From assembly GCA_963668645.2 (NCBI GenBank), contig CAXXWC010000009.1:1-44910 (forward strand): a stretch of DNA of 44,910 nt, written 5' to 3'. Under the pieces are notes generated by a model, which saw nothing but the letters and a program-made list of their open reading frames with translations, did not search any database and was not told the DNA's origin. The number at the start of each line of letters is the position of its first letter. Positions within the stretch are counted from its first letter, which is position 1. A program made the translations under genes and the position numbers. Origin of the DNA: Desulfobacterales bacterium. Lineage in GTDB: Bacteria; Desulfobacterota; Desulfobacteria; Desulfobacterales; UBA2174. Below are positions 1 to 8,377 of this stretch, piece by piece.

Positions 1-915
1 GCGGTGGGCCGCCGGCGCCTCGGCCAGGGGATAGGTCCGCGCCACCACGGGGCGCAGCGTACCGTTGGCCAGGCCGGCGCCGATGGCCGCATGGATGGCG
101 TACAGCTGCCCGGCACTGGCATGGGTGATCATGGTGCCCAGGATCGCGGCGTTGTGCTGCATGGCGGCGCGCGGATCGATGGCAATGGTCCCCCGGCTGC
201 CGATCACGGCCACCCGGCCGCCGTGGGCCAAAATCTCCAGGTCCAGGGCCAGATTCGCATTGGCCAGCATCTCCAGGATCACGTCGACGCCGCGGCCGCC
301 GGTGGCCGCCATGATACGCCCGGCCCGGTCCGTTTCGTGGTGGTCGAAAACCTCAACCGGCCCCTGGGCCGCCAGCAGCCTGCGGCCCTGCGGCGATCCG
401 CCGGTCGCCAGAACCGTCAGGCCGGCGGCCAGGGCCAACTGTACCGCGGCCAGGCCCACCGCCCCGGTGGCCCCGTGTACCAGCGCGGTTTCACCGGCCC
501 GGGCCTTGGCGCGATGGAAAAGGGCGTAGCAGGCGGTGGCATACGGCACCCCCACGGCGGCTCCCTGGGCGAAATCGACCGATTCGGGAAGCGCGTGGAC
601 CACCGCGGCCGGCGCCACGAGGCCCTCGGCGTAGGCCCCGGCGTCCAGGCCGGCCACGTAGACCCGCTGGCCCACCGCCAGATGGGAAACCCCGGAACCG
701 AGGACCGTGACCACCCCGGCAGCGTCCTTGCCCGGGATGTAGGGCAGTTCGGGCAGCACGCTGTAGGCGCCCGCCCGGATATAGGTATCCACCGGGTTGA
801 CGCCCGCGGCCTGGACCCGGACCTGAACCTGGCCCGGGGCCGGCTCGGCCAGCGGCACCTCGGCGATTCTCATCACCGGCGGATCTCCGAACTCCTTTAC
901 TTGAACGGCTCGCAT
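1..915 (-). CDS. NADPH:quinone reductase (MDR/zeta-crystallin family), 3' end runs off the window
   Basis: Not in the ORF track. Read by hand from ATG at 915 (RBS GAGGAG upstream): MRAVQVKEFGDPPVMRIAEVP...AGVNPVDTYIRAG...VHGATGAVGLAAVQLA, i.e. the GVNPVD motif and the Rossmann GAxGxVG motif. Confidence 0.9.
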   Translation of the reverse strand, partial: MRAVQVKEFGDPPVMRIAEVPLAEPAPGQVQVRVQAAGVNPVDTYIRAGAYSVLPELPYIPGKDAAGVVTVLGSGVSHLAVGQRVYVAGLDAGAYAEGLVAPAAVVHALPESVDFAQGAAVGVPYATACYALFHRAKARAGETALVHGATGAVGLAAVQLALAAGLTVLATGGSPQGRRLLAAQGPVEVFDHHETDRAGRIMAATGGRGVDVILEMLANANLALDLEILAHGGRVAVIGSRGTIAIDPRAAMQHNAAILGTMITHASAGQLYAIHAAIGAGLANGTLRPVVARTYPLAEAPAAHR

Positions 916-965
916 GACAGATCTCCTCTTTCGGGCGTTAGGGGCCGGACGGCGCCGCACCGGGC

Positions 966-1304
966 TCAATCGAGCAGATCGGCCACGGCGCTGTGCTTCG
1001 TCTTGAGCGCTTTCATCAGCCTGTCATAATGTCGCAGCCTTACGATGGCCCGCAATACCAGGTAGATGCCCAGCCCCACAAGGCCCAGGTTGATCAGCAT
1101 CAGGGGCACCAGCAGGTGCATCACACGGCTCGCGTCGTAGTATCGGCTGGTGGCGATCAGGGCGCTGGTGACCGACAAGGGCAGCGCGAAAACGGCGATC
1201 CCGGTGCGCAGGGTCGACATGGCGGTGCGTTTTTCGGCCAGCAGAAGCTGGGCCTCGTTAAATGCGATGGTGTCAAAAACGCCGCTGCAGGCGTCGTCGC
1301 TCAT
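966..1304 (-). CDS. Small membrane protein, DUF202/YidH-like
   Basis: LAEKRTAMSTLRTG resembles the DUF202 LAxERTxLAWxRT motif; two hydrophobic segments; RBS AGGAGG upstream. Confidence 0.7.
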   Translation of the reverse strand: MSDDACSGVFDTIAFNEAQLLLAEKRTAMSTLRTGIAVFALPLSVTSALIATSRYYDASRVMHLLVPLMLINLGLVGLGIYLVLRAIVRLRHYDRLMKALKTKHSAVADLLD

Positions 1305-1332
1305 CCTCGAATCCTCCTGTTCCCGCCTTGCC

Positions 1333-1707
1333 TCAGGCGTATCCCAGGTCCGCCAACCGCTCCTCGTCGATGCCCAGGTAATGGGCCACCTCGTGAACCA
1401 CGGTGATCTCGATCTCTTCTTCGAGTTCTTCGATGCTCCGGCACATCTCTTCGAGAGGTTCCTGAAACAGATAGATGGTGTCCGGATAGAGGGGCGGGTC
1501 GATGGCCGAACGCTCGGTGATCGGCACCCCGGTATAGACCCCCAGCAGGGTCTCGTGCGGTCCGTAGCCCATCTCTTCGAGCAGGTCGGGCGAGGGACGG
1601 GTCTGGACCGTGATGATCATGTTGTCCAGATGGCGCCGGAATTGCTCCGGAATGCGAGCGATGGCCCGCTGGACGATCTGGTCGAACCGGCTGCGGCTGA
1701 TTTTCAT
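1333..1707 (-). CDS. Minimal zincin metallopeptidase (Zincin_1-like)
   Basis: LLGVYTG...PDTIYLFQEP...TVVHEVAHYLGIDEERL with HExxH near the C-terminus. Confidence 0.88.
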   Translation of the reverse strand: MKISRSRFDQIVQRAIARIPEQFRRHLDNMIITVQTRPSPDLLEEMGYGPHETLLGVYTGVPITERSAIDPPLYPDTIYLFQEPLEEMCRSIEELEEEIEITVVHEVAHYLGIDEERLADLGYA

Positions 1708-1797
1708 GGCGTCATTTCCCTGCTGCGGCTTTAGATCCAGCCCCTGGTTGAGGCGCAGCCCGATGCATCCCGAAAACTGGCCGGAAAAATCGGCGCT

Positions 1798-4050
1798 TCA
1801 TGCGAAGGTCTTGCAGTAGATCACCTTCCCGTCCCCGGGTCCGTAAAAATCGCTCAGCACGCTTTCCAGACGGTAGCCGCAGCGCTCATAGAAGGCCCGG
1901 GTGCTAGCGTACTGGACCCGCTGGCTCGTGTCCACGTAGATCCGGGTGCCGCCGGCCCGTTTGACGAGCCGCTCGGTATCGGTCAGCAGGCGCCGGCCCA
2001 GCCCCTTGCCCTGGTAGTCCGGATGCACCGCGATCCAGTAAAGATCGAAGCTGGCGGCCGTCCCGGCGATGGGCCCGTAACAGGCATAGCCCGCCAGCCG
2101 GCCGTAGTGTTCGGCCAGAAGAAAATAATAACCGCTGGCGTCCCCCTTGGCCAGCCTTTCCTGGACCAGCTCGGCGGCGATGTCCACCTCGGCGTCGTTG
2201 AAAAAGCCGGTGACGCGCACCAACCGGGCAATGCGTTCGACATCCCGTTCTTCCACCGTCTCGCGTTGCACGATCCCGTGAATGCGCGCCTTGAGCGGGT
2301 GGCGCTTCTCGGTCCATTGCTGGCTGCCGGCCACCAGGCCGGTAAAGAACTGGCGCGCGTTGACGCCCAGAGTACGGTGGCGGTAGCCCCCTTCCTGGAC
2401 CACCACCGTGGGCAGTCCCAAGGCGCCGATGAGCCGCCCGTTTTCGGCAAAATCCTTGGGTGAAAGCGACCAGGTTCCGGTGGGATCACCCTTGGCCGGA
2501 TCCAGGCCCAGGGCCACCACCAGAAACTGGGGCTCGAAACTTTCGATGCGCCTGAGCGCCTTGGCCAGCGCCTCGCGGTAGCGGGCGCCGTCCAGGGTCT
2601 CGGGCAGGGGCAGGTTGAGATTGAATCCCTCGCCCTCGCCGTCCCCGCGCTCGTCCTCGAAGCCGGAAAAATACGGATAGGCAAAGCGCGGATGACCGTG
2701 GAGCGAAACCGTCAGCACGTCGGCGCGCCGGTAAAAGATATCCTGCTGGCCGTTGCCGTGGTGGTAGTCGATGTCCAGGATGGCCACCTTGCCGTGGGCG
2801 CACAGGTACTGGGCCGCGATGGCGTTGTTGTTGAAGTAGCAAAACCCGCCGAAGCTGCGCCGTTCGGCGTGGTGGCCCGGGGGCCGCACCAGGGCATAGG
2901 CCAGGCGCCGGCCGTCGAGGATCTCTCGGGCCGCGGTGAGGCTGCAATCCACGGCCCGGCGCGCCGCCGGCCAGGCGTTGCGGTGCAGGGGCGTAAAGGT
3001 GTCGATGCAGTAGTAACCGGCCAGCACCGAAGGCTCCTTGGGCGGCCGGGTCTTGTTGCGGATGGGAAATACGTAAGGATAAAGGGACTTGTTTTCCGGC
3101 ACGTCGCGGCAGGCCCGGCGCAGGTAGCCGACAAAATCCGCGTCGTGCACGGCGGTGATGTAACGGTCGGGGAAAGGACGCGGCGCCATATGGGCGAAAA
3201 GACCGCTGGGATCGAGCTCCTTGAGGATGGCATCCACGCGCACCGGAGACTCCACGTAGCCGCGTTCGTGAACATGGTGAATGATATGCCGGTCGTTGAC
3301 GATCAGGGCGATCTGCTCGGTGCTGCGGCTATCCACGGCCGTCTTGACCGCCTCGGGCTTGACGTAGCGCAGCTCGCGCAGCCGCACCGGATCGTCGCGC
3401 AGGGAGGCGACGACCATTTCGACATATTCGGGCGGGCACAGATCGGCGTACTTGCGCTCCAGGATCGCCCGCACCACCTTGCGCGCAAAGGTCCGGCGCA
3501 GGGGGCCGCCGCGGTCGAGGCTGTCGAAGACCAGGTGCGGCGCGCAGATGTCGTCGGCCGAGACCGGGGTTTCGTAGGCCGTATTGACGATAGGCCGGGC
3601 CCCGTAACGTTCGTAGAACCGCAGCCGGGCCCGGTTTTCCTTGAGCAGGGCGCTGTCTTTACAATTGGCGGCATCGTCGGGCAGGCATTCGAAAAAAAGC
3701 CCGCGGGCCCCCAGGGCCGCCGCTTCCATGCGCACCCGGTCGTACAGGGCGCCCCCGACTCCGCCGCCGGCCCGGCCCCCGGCCATGGCGATCCAGTCGA
3801 GAAATACGAAACCGATCTGGGGCTCGTGCAGCAGCAGGGCAAAGCCGAGGACCTTGTGGCGGATGGTCTCGGCCACCAGCAGAATCGAGCGGAAGCGCTG
3901 CTTGAAGGGGTTGCGCAGCTTCTCGCCCAACGAGGCGATCTCGCTTTCTTTGACCGCCGGAAAACGGGCGCGCAAAATCGCCTGGACCTGATCGAGCTGC
4001 TCACGGTTGGCGGGGATACTGTCGTCGAAGATGCGTCGGATGCGCAGCAT
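1798..4050 (-). CDS. GNAT acetyltransferase - Zn-dependent deacetylase (HDAC/acetylpolyamine amidohydrolase family) - GNAT acetyltransferase fusion
   Basis: N-terminal GNAT-like FLDWIAM..GRAGGGVGGALY; central RPPGHHA, GFCYFNN, IDYHHGNG, GLDPAKGDP, QEGGY; C-terminal LYWIAVHPDYQGKGLGRRLL and FYERCGY. Confidence 0.9.
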   Translation of the reverse strand: MLRIRRIFDDSIPANREQLDQVQAILRARFPAVKESEIASLGEKLRNPFKQRFRSILLVAETIRHKVLGFALLLHEPQIGFVFLDWIAMAGGRAGGGVGGALYDRVRMEAAALGARGLFFECLPDDAANCKDSALLKENRARLRFYERYGARPIVNTAYETPVSADDICAPHLVFDSLDRGGPLRRTFARKVVRAILERKYADLCPPEYVEMVVASLRDDPVRLRELRYVKPEAVKTAVDSRSTEQIALIVNDRHIIHHVHERGYVESPVRVDAILKELDPSGLFAHMAPRPFPDRYITAVHDADFVGYLRRACRDVPENKSLYPYVFPIRNKTRPPKEPSVLAGYYCIDTFTPLHRNAWPAARRAVDCSLTAAREILDGRRLAYALVRPPGHHAERRSFGGFCYFNNNAIAAQYLCAHGKVAILDIDYHHGNGQQDIFYRRADVLTVSLHGHPRFAYPYFSGFEDERGDGEGEGFNLNLPLPETLDGARYREALAKALRRIESFEPQFLVVALGLDPAKGDPTGTWSLSPKDFAENGRLIGALGLPTVVVQEGGYRHRTLGVNARQFFTGLVAGSQQWTEKRHPLKARIHGIVQRETVEERDVERIARLVRVTGFFNDAEVDIAAELVQERLAKGDASGYYFLLAEHYGRLAGYACYGPIAGTAASFDLYWIAVHPDYQGKGLGRRLLTDTERLVKRAGGTRIYVDTSQRVQYASTRAFYERCGYRLESVLSDFYGPGDGKVIYCKTFA

Positions 4051-4166
4051 GAAAATAGCTCCAACCCCTGTTCAACTTCTGAAATCAAAGCCGAAGGTCA
4101 AAGAACCGAGGTTCAGGGGCGCAACGGGTGAGAATGGCCATAGGTTGAAATGATTACGCCGCAACG

Positions 4167-5168
4167 TCAGGTATCTGCCAGGATCCGCTCCAGCGCCGCC
4201 CCGTAATCGATTCCGGCCTGGGTCAGGGCCGCGGCGAACCCGGCGTCGGGCGACAGGCAGGGATTGGCGTTGACCTCCAAGATCCAGGGGCGTCCTGCGC
4301 CATCCACGCGAAAATCGACCCTGGCCCAGCCCCTGAGATTGAAAAGATGCCAGCAGTCGCGGGCCGTTTGACGCAGCCTTGCGAGCAGCGGTGCGTCGCT
4401 TTCGGGAAAATCGAAGCACCGCGGGGTGTGGCGGTACTCGTAGCTTCCCTCGGCCCACTTGGCCCGGTAGCCGACGATGCGCAGCCGCTGCGTCCCGTAG
4501 CCTTCAAAGACGATCTCGGCCGGAGGCAGAATCTCCGGTCCCTGCGGGCCGGCCAAAAGCGCCAGGTTGAATTCGCGCCCCTCGATGTATTCCTCGGCGA
4601 AACAGGCCCCGCCGAGCTGGGGGGCCCGGCGGCGCAGCACCCGCATCAATTCGCCGCGGTCTGCGGCGTTCACCAGCGGATCATCGTCCAGGCCGAAGGA
4701 GGCGTGTTCCCAGAGACTCTTGACGATCCAGCGTTGATCCCCGGAAACGGCGGGAGACACCGAATTCCTCGGCCAGGGCATTTCCGCCGGAAAGGGACCG
4801 ATCCACGCCGGAGTGTCCAGGCCGGCGGCGGCCAGGCGCTCTTTGGCCATCACCTTGTGGGTGGTGATCCAGAGGGCCGCGCTGCCCGACCCGGCAAAAA
4901 GCCTCCCCCAGGCTTCGAGGGCCGCGGGCACCACGGGCAAAAGCCGGCTCTGGCTGTCGAGGCCCTCGACCAGATTGAAGAGCGCGTCCGGTCCCAGGGC
5001 GTCGAGGTGCCGTCGTAGATCGGAAAGATTGAGGGTACAGCCCAGGGCCTCGACCCGGTGGCCCCGGCCGGCAAGCCCCCTGACCACCGCCTCGGCCTGC
5101 ACCAGGACGTCGCGTTCATCCGGCGCTGCATCGGCTGCCACGGCATTGTGCAAAACGACAATATGCAT
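4167..5168 (-). CDS. ATP-grasp amide ligase, D-Ala-D-Ala ligase-like (B)
   Basis: FNLVEG, HKVMAK, IVKSLWEHASFGL, EEYIEGREF, RVDFRVD, ILEVNANPCL. Confidence 0.88.
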   Translation of the reverse strand: MHIVVLHNAVAADAAPDERDVLVQAEAVVRGLAGRGHRVEALGCTLNLSDLRRHLDALGPDALFNLVEGLDSQSRLLPVVPAALEAWGRLFAGSGSAALWITTHKVMAKERLAAAGLDTPAWIGPFPAEMPWPRNSVSPAVSGDQRWIVKSLWEHASFGLDDDPLVNAADRGELMRVLRRRAPQLGGACFAEEYIEGREFNLALLAGPQGPEILPPAEIVFEGYGTQRLRIVGYRAKWAEGSYEYRHTPRCFDFPESDAPLLARLRQTARDCWHLFNLRGWARVDFRVDGAGRPWILEVNANPCLSPDAGFAAALTQAGIDYGAALERILADT

Positions 5169-5201
5169 GCTCTTTGGATTCCAAGGAAACTGATGAAGGC
5201 C

Positions 5202-6194
5202 TTAGATCCTCCCTTTTCGCACCCGCCGGGCCGCACTGTCAACAATCCGGGCGATCAGGGCCTCATAGGGCGTACCCACGTGACGGCAGATGATCGGCAG
5301 GTCCGAGTGCTCGGGATGCAGCCCGGCCAGGGGGTTGACTTCCAGAAACTGGCCTCGTCCCCGGGCGTCGCAGCGGATGTCGATCCGCCCGGCATCGCGG
5401 CATCCCAGGGTCCGCCAGGCCGCCAGGGCGATGGCCTCGGCTTCGGCCGCCGACGGGTCGTCCTGCGGCCGCACCCGCCGGTAGACCACCCGTTTTTCGT
5501 ATTGCTCCTTGTTGACGTAAGAGTAGACCTGGGGCTCGGCGCTGGCCAGCAGATGGACCTCGATAGTGCCCAGGATTTCGGCCTCCCGGCCCGTGCCCAC
5601 AATGCCCACGGTAAATTCGCGGCCGTCAAGGAAGGGCTCCACCAGAACCGGCTGGTCGAAGCGTTGGATCAGTTCGGCGCAGGCCGGGGCCAGTTCCTCG
5701 CGGGTACGCACGATCGACTTGGGGCTGATCCCCTTTCCGGTCCCCTCGGCCACCGGTTTGATGAAGTAGGGCGGCGCAAACCCGGGCTGGGCCGTATCCG
5801 GGTCTTCGACCACCACGAAGTCGGAAGTGGGAATTCCGGCATCGCGCACCACCCGTTTGGTCATGCCCTTGTGCAGGGTCAGGCTCATCACCAGAGGATC
5901 CGAAAAGGTGTAGGCGATATCGTAGCCGTCGAGCAGGGCCGGGATCTGGGCCTCGCGGCCGATGCCGTACATCCCCTCGGCGATGTTGAACACCAGGTCC
6001 CAGCGTGCACCGTCGGCCAGGCGCCCGACAAGGCTGTGCAGCCGGCCGATGCGCTCGGTGCGGTGGCCGAGACCCGCCAGGGCCGCCTCGATGGCGGCCA
6101 CCGTGTCCTCGCGGTCAAACTCGGCGGTCTCCTCTTCACCGTAGCCGGCGGCGAGATATTCGCTGCGCAGATCGTAAGTCAGTCCGATTTCCAT
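5202..6194 (-). CDS. ATP-grasp amide ligase, D-Ala-D-Ala ligase-like (A)
   Basis: FNIAEG, LHKGMTK, FIKPVAEGTGKGI, EPFLDGREFTVG, RIDIR, FLEVNPLAGL. Confidence 0.9.
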   Translation of the reverse strand: MEIGLTYDLRSEYLAAGYGEEETAEFDREDTVAAIEAALAGLGHRTERIGRLHSLVGRLADGARWDLVFNIAEGMYGIGREAQIPALLDGYDIAYTFSDPLVMSLTLHKGMTKRVVRDAGIPTSDFVVVEDPDTAQPGFAPPYFIKPVAEGTGKGISPKSIVRTREELAPACAELIQRFDQPVLVEPFLDGREFTVGIVGTGREAEILGTIEVHLLASAEPQVYSYVNKEQYEKRVVYRRVRPQDDPSAAEAEAIALAAWRTLGCRDAGRIDIRCDARGRGQFLEVNPLAGLHPEHSDLPIICRHVGTPYEALIARIVDSAARRVRKGRI

Positions 6195-6688
6195 GGTAAT
6201 TTCCTCTCCTGCCGGATCTCATCGTAGAGCATGTGATGCCAGCGGATGGCGCTTTCCCGGTCGAAGCCGAGAATCATCTGGTCGAGCCGCTCCTCGGGTT
6301 GCAACAATTCCCTGGGACAATCAGTAGCTATTTCCGGATAGAGCCCCTGGTAGTTGTACAGATGCGGGTGCAGCCGGCAGATCAGGGGGCGTACCTCCAA
6401 CGCCAGGCTGCAGCCGCCATCGGTCAGAAACACACAGTTGCCGCGATTGTCATGTCTGAGCACCCGGCGGCGGCAGTGCTCTCCCACGACCCAGGTCTGC
6501 CAGGGCGGATCGTCGCTCTGGTCGATATATTCCGGATTTCCCGGTTCGCAGTATTCGAAAAAATCCTCACCGCCCACCACGTCGTGGATCCGTTTGACGT
6601 CCTGGGGGGTGATGTAAATTTCGCTTCTCTGACAACAGGTGCGTCCGCGCCGGGCGCATCGCATGCACAGGCTGCCAAAGCTGGCCAT
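6179..6688 (-). CDS. YkgJ-family cysteine-cluster (Zn/Fe-S) protein
   Basis: CMRCARRGRTCC, CVFL...GC.L..EVRPLICRLHP and a late DCP; stop overlaps the start of the ATP-grasp gene by 16 nt. Confidence 0.85.
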   Translation of the reverse strand: MASFGSLCMRCARRGRTCCQRSEIYITPQDVKRIHDVVGGEDFFEYCEPGNPEYIDQSDDPPWQTWVVGEHCRRRVLRHDNRGNCVFLTDGGCSLALEVRPLICRLHPHLYNYQGLYPEIATDCPRELLQPEERLDQMILGFDRESAIRWHHMLYDEIRQERKLPWKSD

Positions 6689-6787
6689 GGCTCAATGTTT
6701 CATCCTTGAGTTCGAGGTTTGTTCCATCCAAAAGGCACGGCGGCTCCTTTCGCATCGAGCCGCCGTCTGGTTTCACTATCGCAAGCT

Positions 6788-8122
6788 TCAGTGAAGCTGT
6801 TGAGGAGAATGCTCCGGGCAGCCGTCCGGGTAGCGGTACAACCCGCCTTCGTAGTTGCGCAGCAGCATGTCGCCGCCGGCATCGTGCCCCAGGGCATACT
6901 CGGGCATCAGGGGGATCTTGCCCCCGCCTCCCGGGGCGTCCACCACGTAAGTGGGCACGGCGTAGCCGGTGGTAAAACCGCGCATGCCCCGGATGATCTC
7001 CAGACCCGTGGCGATGGGGGTGCGGAAATGCCCCGATCCGCTGATCGGATCGCACTGGTACAGATAGTAGGGTTTTACCCGCATGCGCATCAGGTGGTGC
7101 ATCAAGGCCGTCATCACCGCAACGCTGTCGTTGATCCCCTTGAGCAGCACGGTCTGCGAGCCCAGGGGAATTCCGGCATCCGCCAGGCGGCCGCAGGCCC
7201 GGTAGGCTTCCGGGGTGCACTCGTCCGGATGGGTGAAGTGCAGACTCATCCACAACGGATGATAGCGGCGCAGCATACGCACCAGTTTGCCGGTCACCCG
7301 CTGGGGAAGCACCGCAGGCACCTTGGTGCCGATGCGCACGATCTGCACGTGGGCAATGCGGCGCAGGCGCGACAGAACCCATTCCAGCCGGTCGTCGCCC
7401 AGGGTCAGCGGATCGCCGCCGGAAAGCAGCACGTCGCGCACCTGCGGATTGGCGCGGATATAGTCGATAGCCGCCTCGAGCCGAGACCTGCCGGGCGAAA
7501 TCCCGCCGTGGCCCACCACCCGCGAGCGGGTGCAGTAGCGGCAATAGGTCGAGCAAAAATCGCTGAGCAGCAGCAGCACCCGGTCCGGATAGCGGTGCAC
7601 CAGCCCCGGCACCGGGCTCTGGTGTTCCTCGCCCAGCGGATCGTCCGACTCGCCGGGCAGTCGCACCAGCTCGCCGGCCGTGGGCACCACGGTGCGGCGC
7701 AGCGGCTGGGTCTCGTCCTCGGCGGCCAGCAGGCTCATATAATAGGGCGTGATGGCAACCGGCAGGTTTCCCGCCGGCCTTTCAAGCACGGCCCGTTCGG
7801 CATCCGAAAGGCGCAGCATGGCCTCCAGCCGGCCGACGGTGCGGATGCGCTGGCGCACCTGCCACTGCCAGTCGTTCCATGTCTTGTCATCGATATCAGG
7901 ATAAAAACGGCGCCTGAAACGCCGGGTCGACAACGAGGTGCGCGCCGTGCGCTCGCGCGTGATCCGCACCCCGCTGTAAAAAGCGCTTTGCCCGTCGAAG
8001 GACGCCTTTGCGCCCTGCGGACAAAGCCCGGTACCCGGAGGCTCTTCTTCTTCGGTGGGCAGGACTGGATGGGGGGCGCTGACGGCCCCTAACTGCGGAC
8101 AAACCGTGGTGTCCCGGCGCAT
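6788..8122 (-). CDS. kamA: KamA-family radical SAM/PLP enzyme, lysine 2,3-aminomutase-like
   Basis: W.DWQWQ, ITPYY, LVHRYPDRVL, CSTYCRYCTR (CxxxCxxC), LLSGGDPL, QTVLLKGIND, YYLYQCD, YVVDAPGGGGKIP; RBS GGGAGG at about 8134-8139. Confidence 0.92.
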   Translation of the reverse strand: MRRDTTVCPQLGAVSAPHPVLPTEEEEPPGTGLCPQGAKASFDGQSAFYSGVRITRERTARTSLSTRRFRRRFYPDIDDKTWNDWQWQVRQRIRTVGRLEAMLRLSDAERAVLERPAGNLPVAITPYYMSLLAAEDETQPLRRTVVPTAGELVRLPGESDDPLGEEHQSPVPGLVHRYPDRVLLLLSDFCSTYCRYCTRSRVVGHGGISPGRSRLEAAIDYIRANPQVRDVLLSGGDPLTLGDDRLEWVLSRLRRIAHVQIVRIGTKVPAVLPQRVTGKLVRMLRRYHPLWMSLHFTHPDECTPEAYRACGRLADAGIPLGSQTVLLKGINDSVAVMTALMHHLMRMRVKPYYLYQCDPISGSGHFRTPIATGLEIIRGMRGFTTGYAVPTYVVDAPGGGGKIPLMPEYALGHDAGGDMLLRNYEGGLYRYPDGCPEHSPQQLH

Positions 8123-8274
8123 TTTGGCTTTTACCTCCCTTTACGATCCGACGGACCGTAATCCGTGATCCATTGATGTTTCAAGTCGGGCGCAACGGTA
8201 AAGACCGATCCATGCCGGCAGCATGCAGCCTGAGTTCCGTTACCGCCCTCCAGGAGTTCTGCCTCGATGCGGTG

Positions 8275-8291
8275 AGCAATATGGGTGCCAA
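8275..8291 (-). promoter_or_regulatory. Sigma-54 (-24/-12) promoter for the kamA cluster
   Basis: Minus strand reads TTGGCACCCATATTGCT: GG-N10-GC, matching the consensus TGGCACG-N4-TTGCW at all but one position; about 150 nt upstream of kamA and correctly oriented. Confidence 0.8.
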
Positions 8292-8350
8292 CATCTGCGG
8301 GGGGGCGCCAATTCCTTTTTTGAACCGTTGGGACAGTGGGCAAGAAACAC

Positions 8351-8377
8351 AAAAAAAACTTTAATTGCAATATGTTA
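8351..8377. promoter_or_regulatory. Possible IHF site upstream of the sigma-54 promoter
   Basis: A-tract followed by TTGCAATATGTTA (partial match to WATCAAN4TTR) in an AT-rich patch 60-90 nt upstream of the -24 box. Confidence 0.45.

Noticed and set aside
4..1029. 341-aa plus-strand ORF and the many other long antisense ORFs (e.g. 2692-4131, 6719-8092, 13217-14671, 40923-42833)
   Set aside because: Shadows of real genes on the opposite strand in high-GC DNA; no recognisable motifs.
4167..6194. Calling the ligases ddl or van resistance genes
   Set aside because: Ddl signature motifs are missing and there is no mur/dcw or vanHAX context.
6788..8122. EpmB (EF-P beta-lysylation) or lysine-fermentation KamA
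   Set aside because: Longer than typical EpmB, no efp/epmA or kamDE/kdd nearby; context is ligases and acetyl enzymes.
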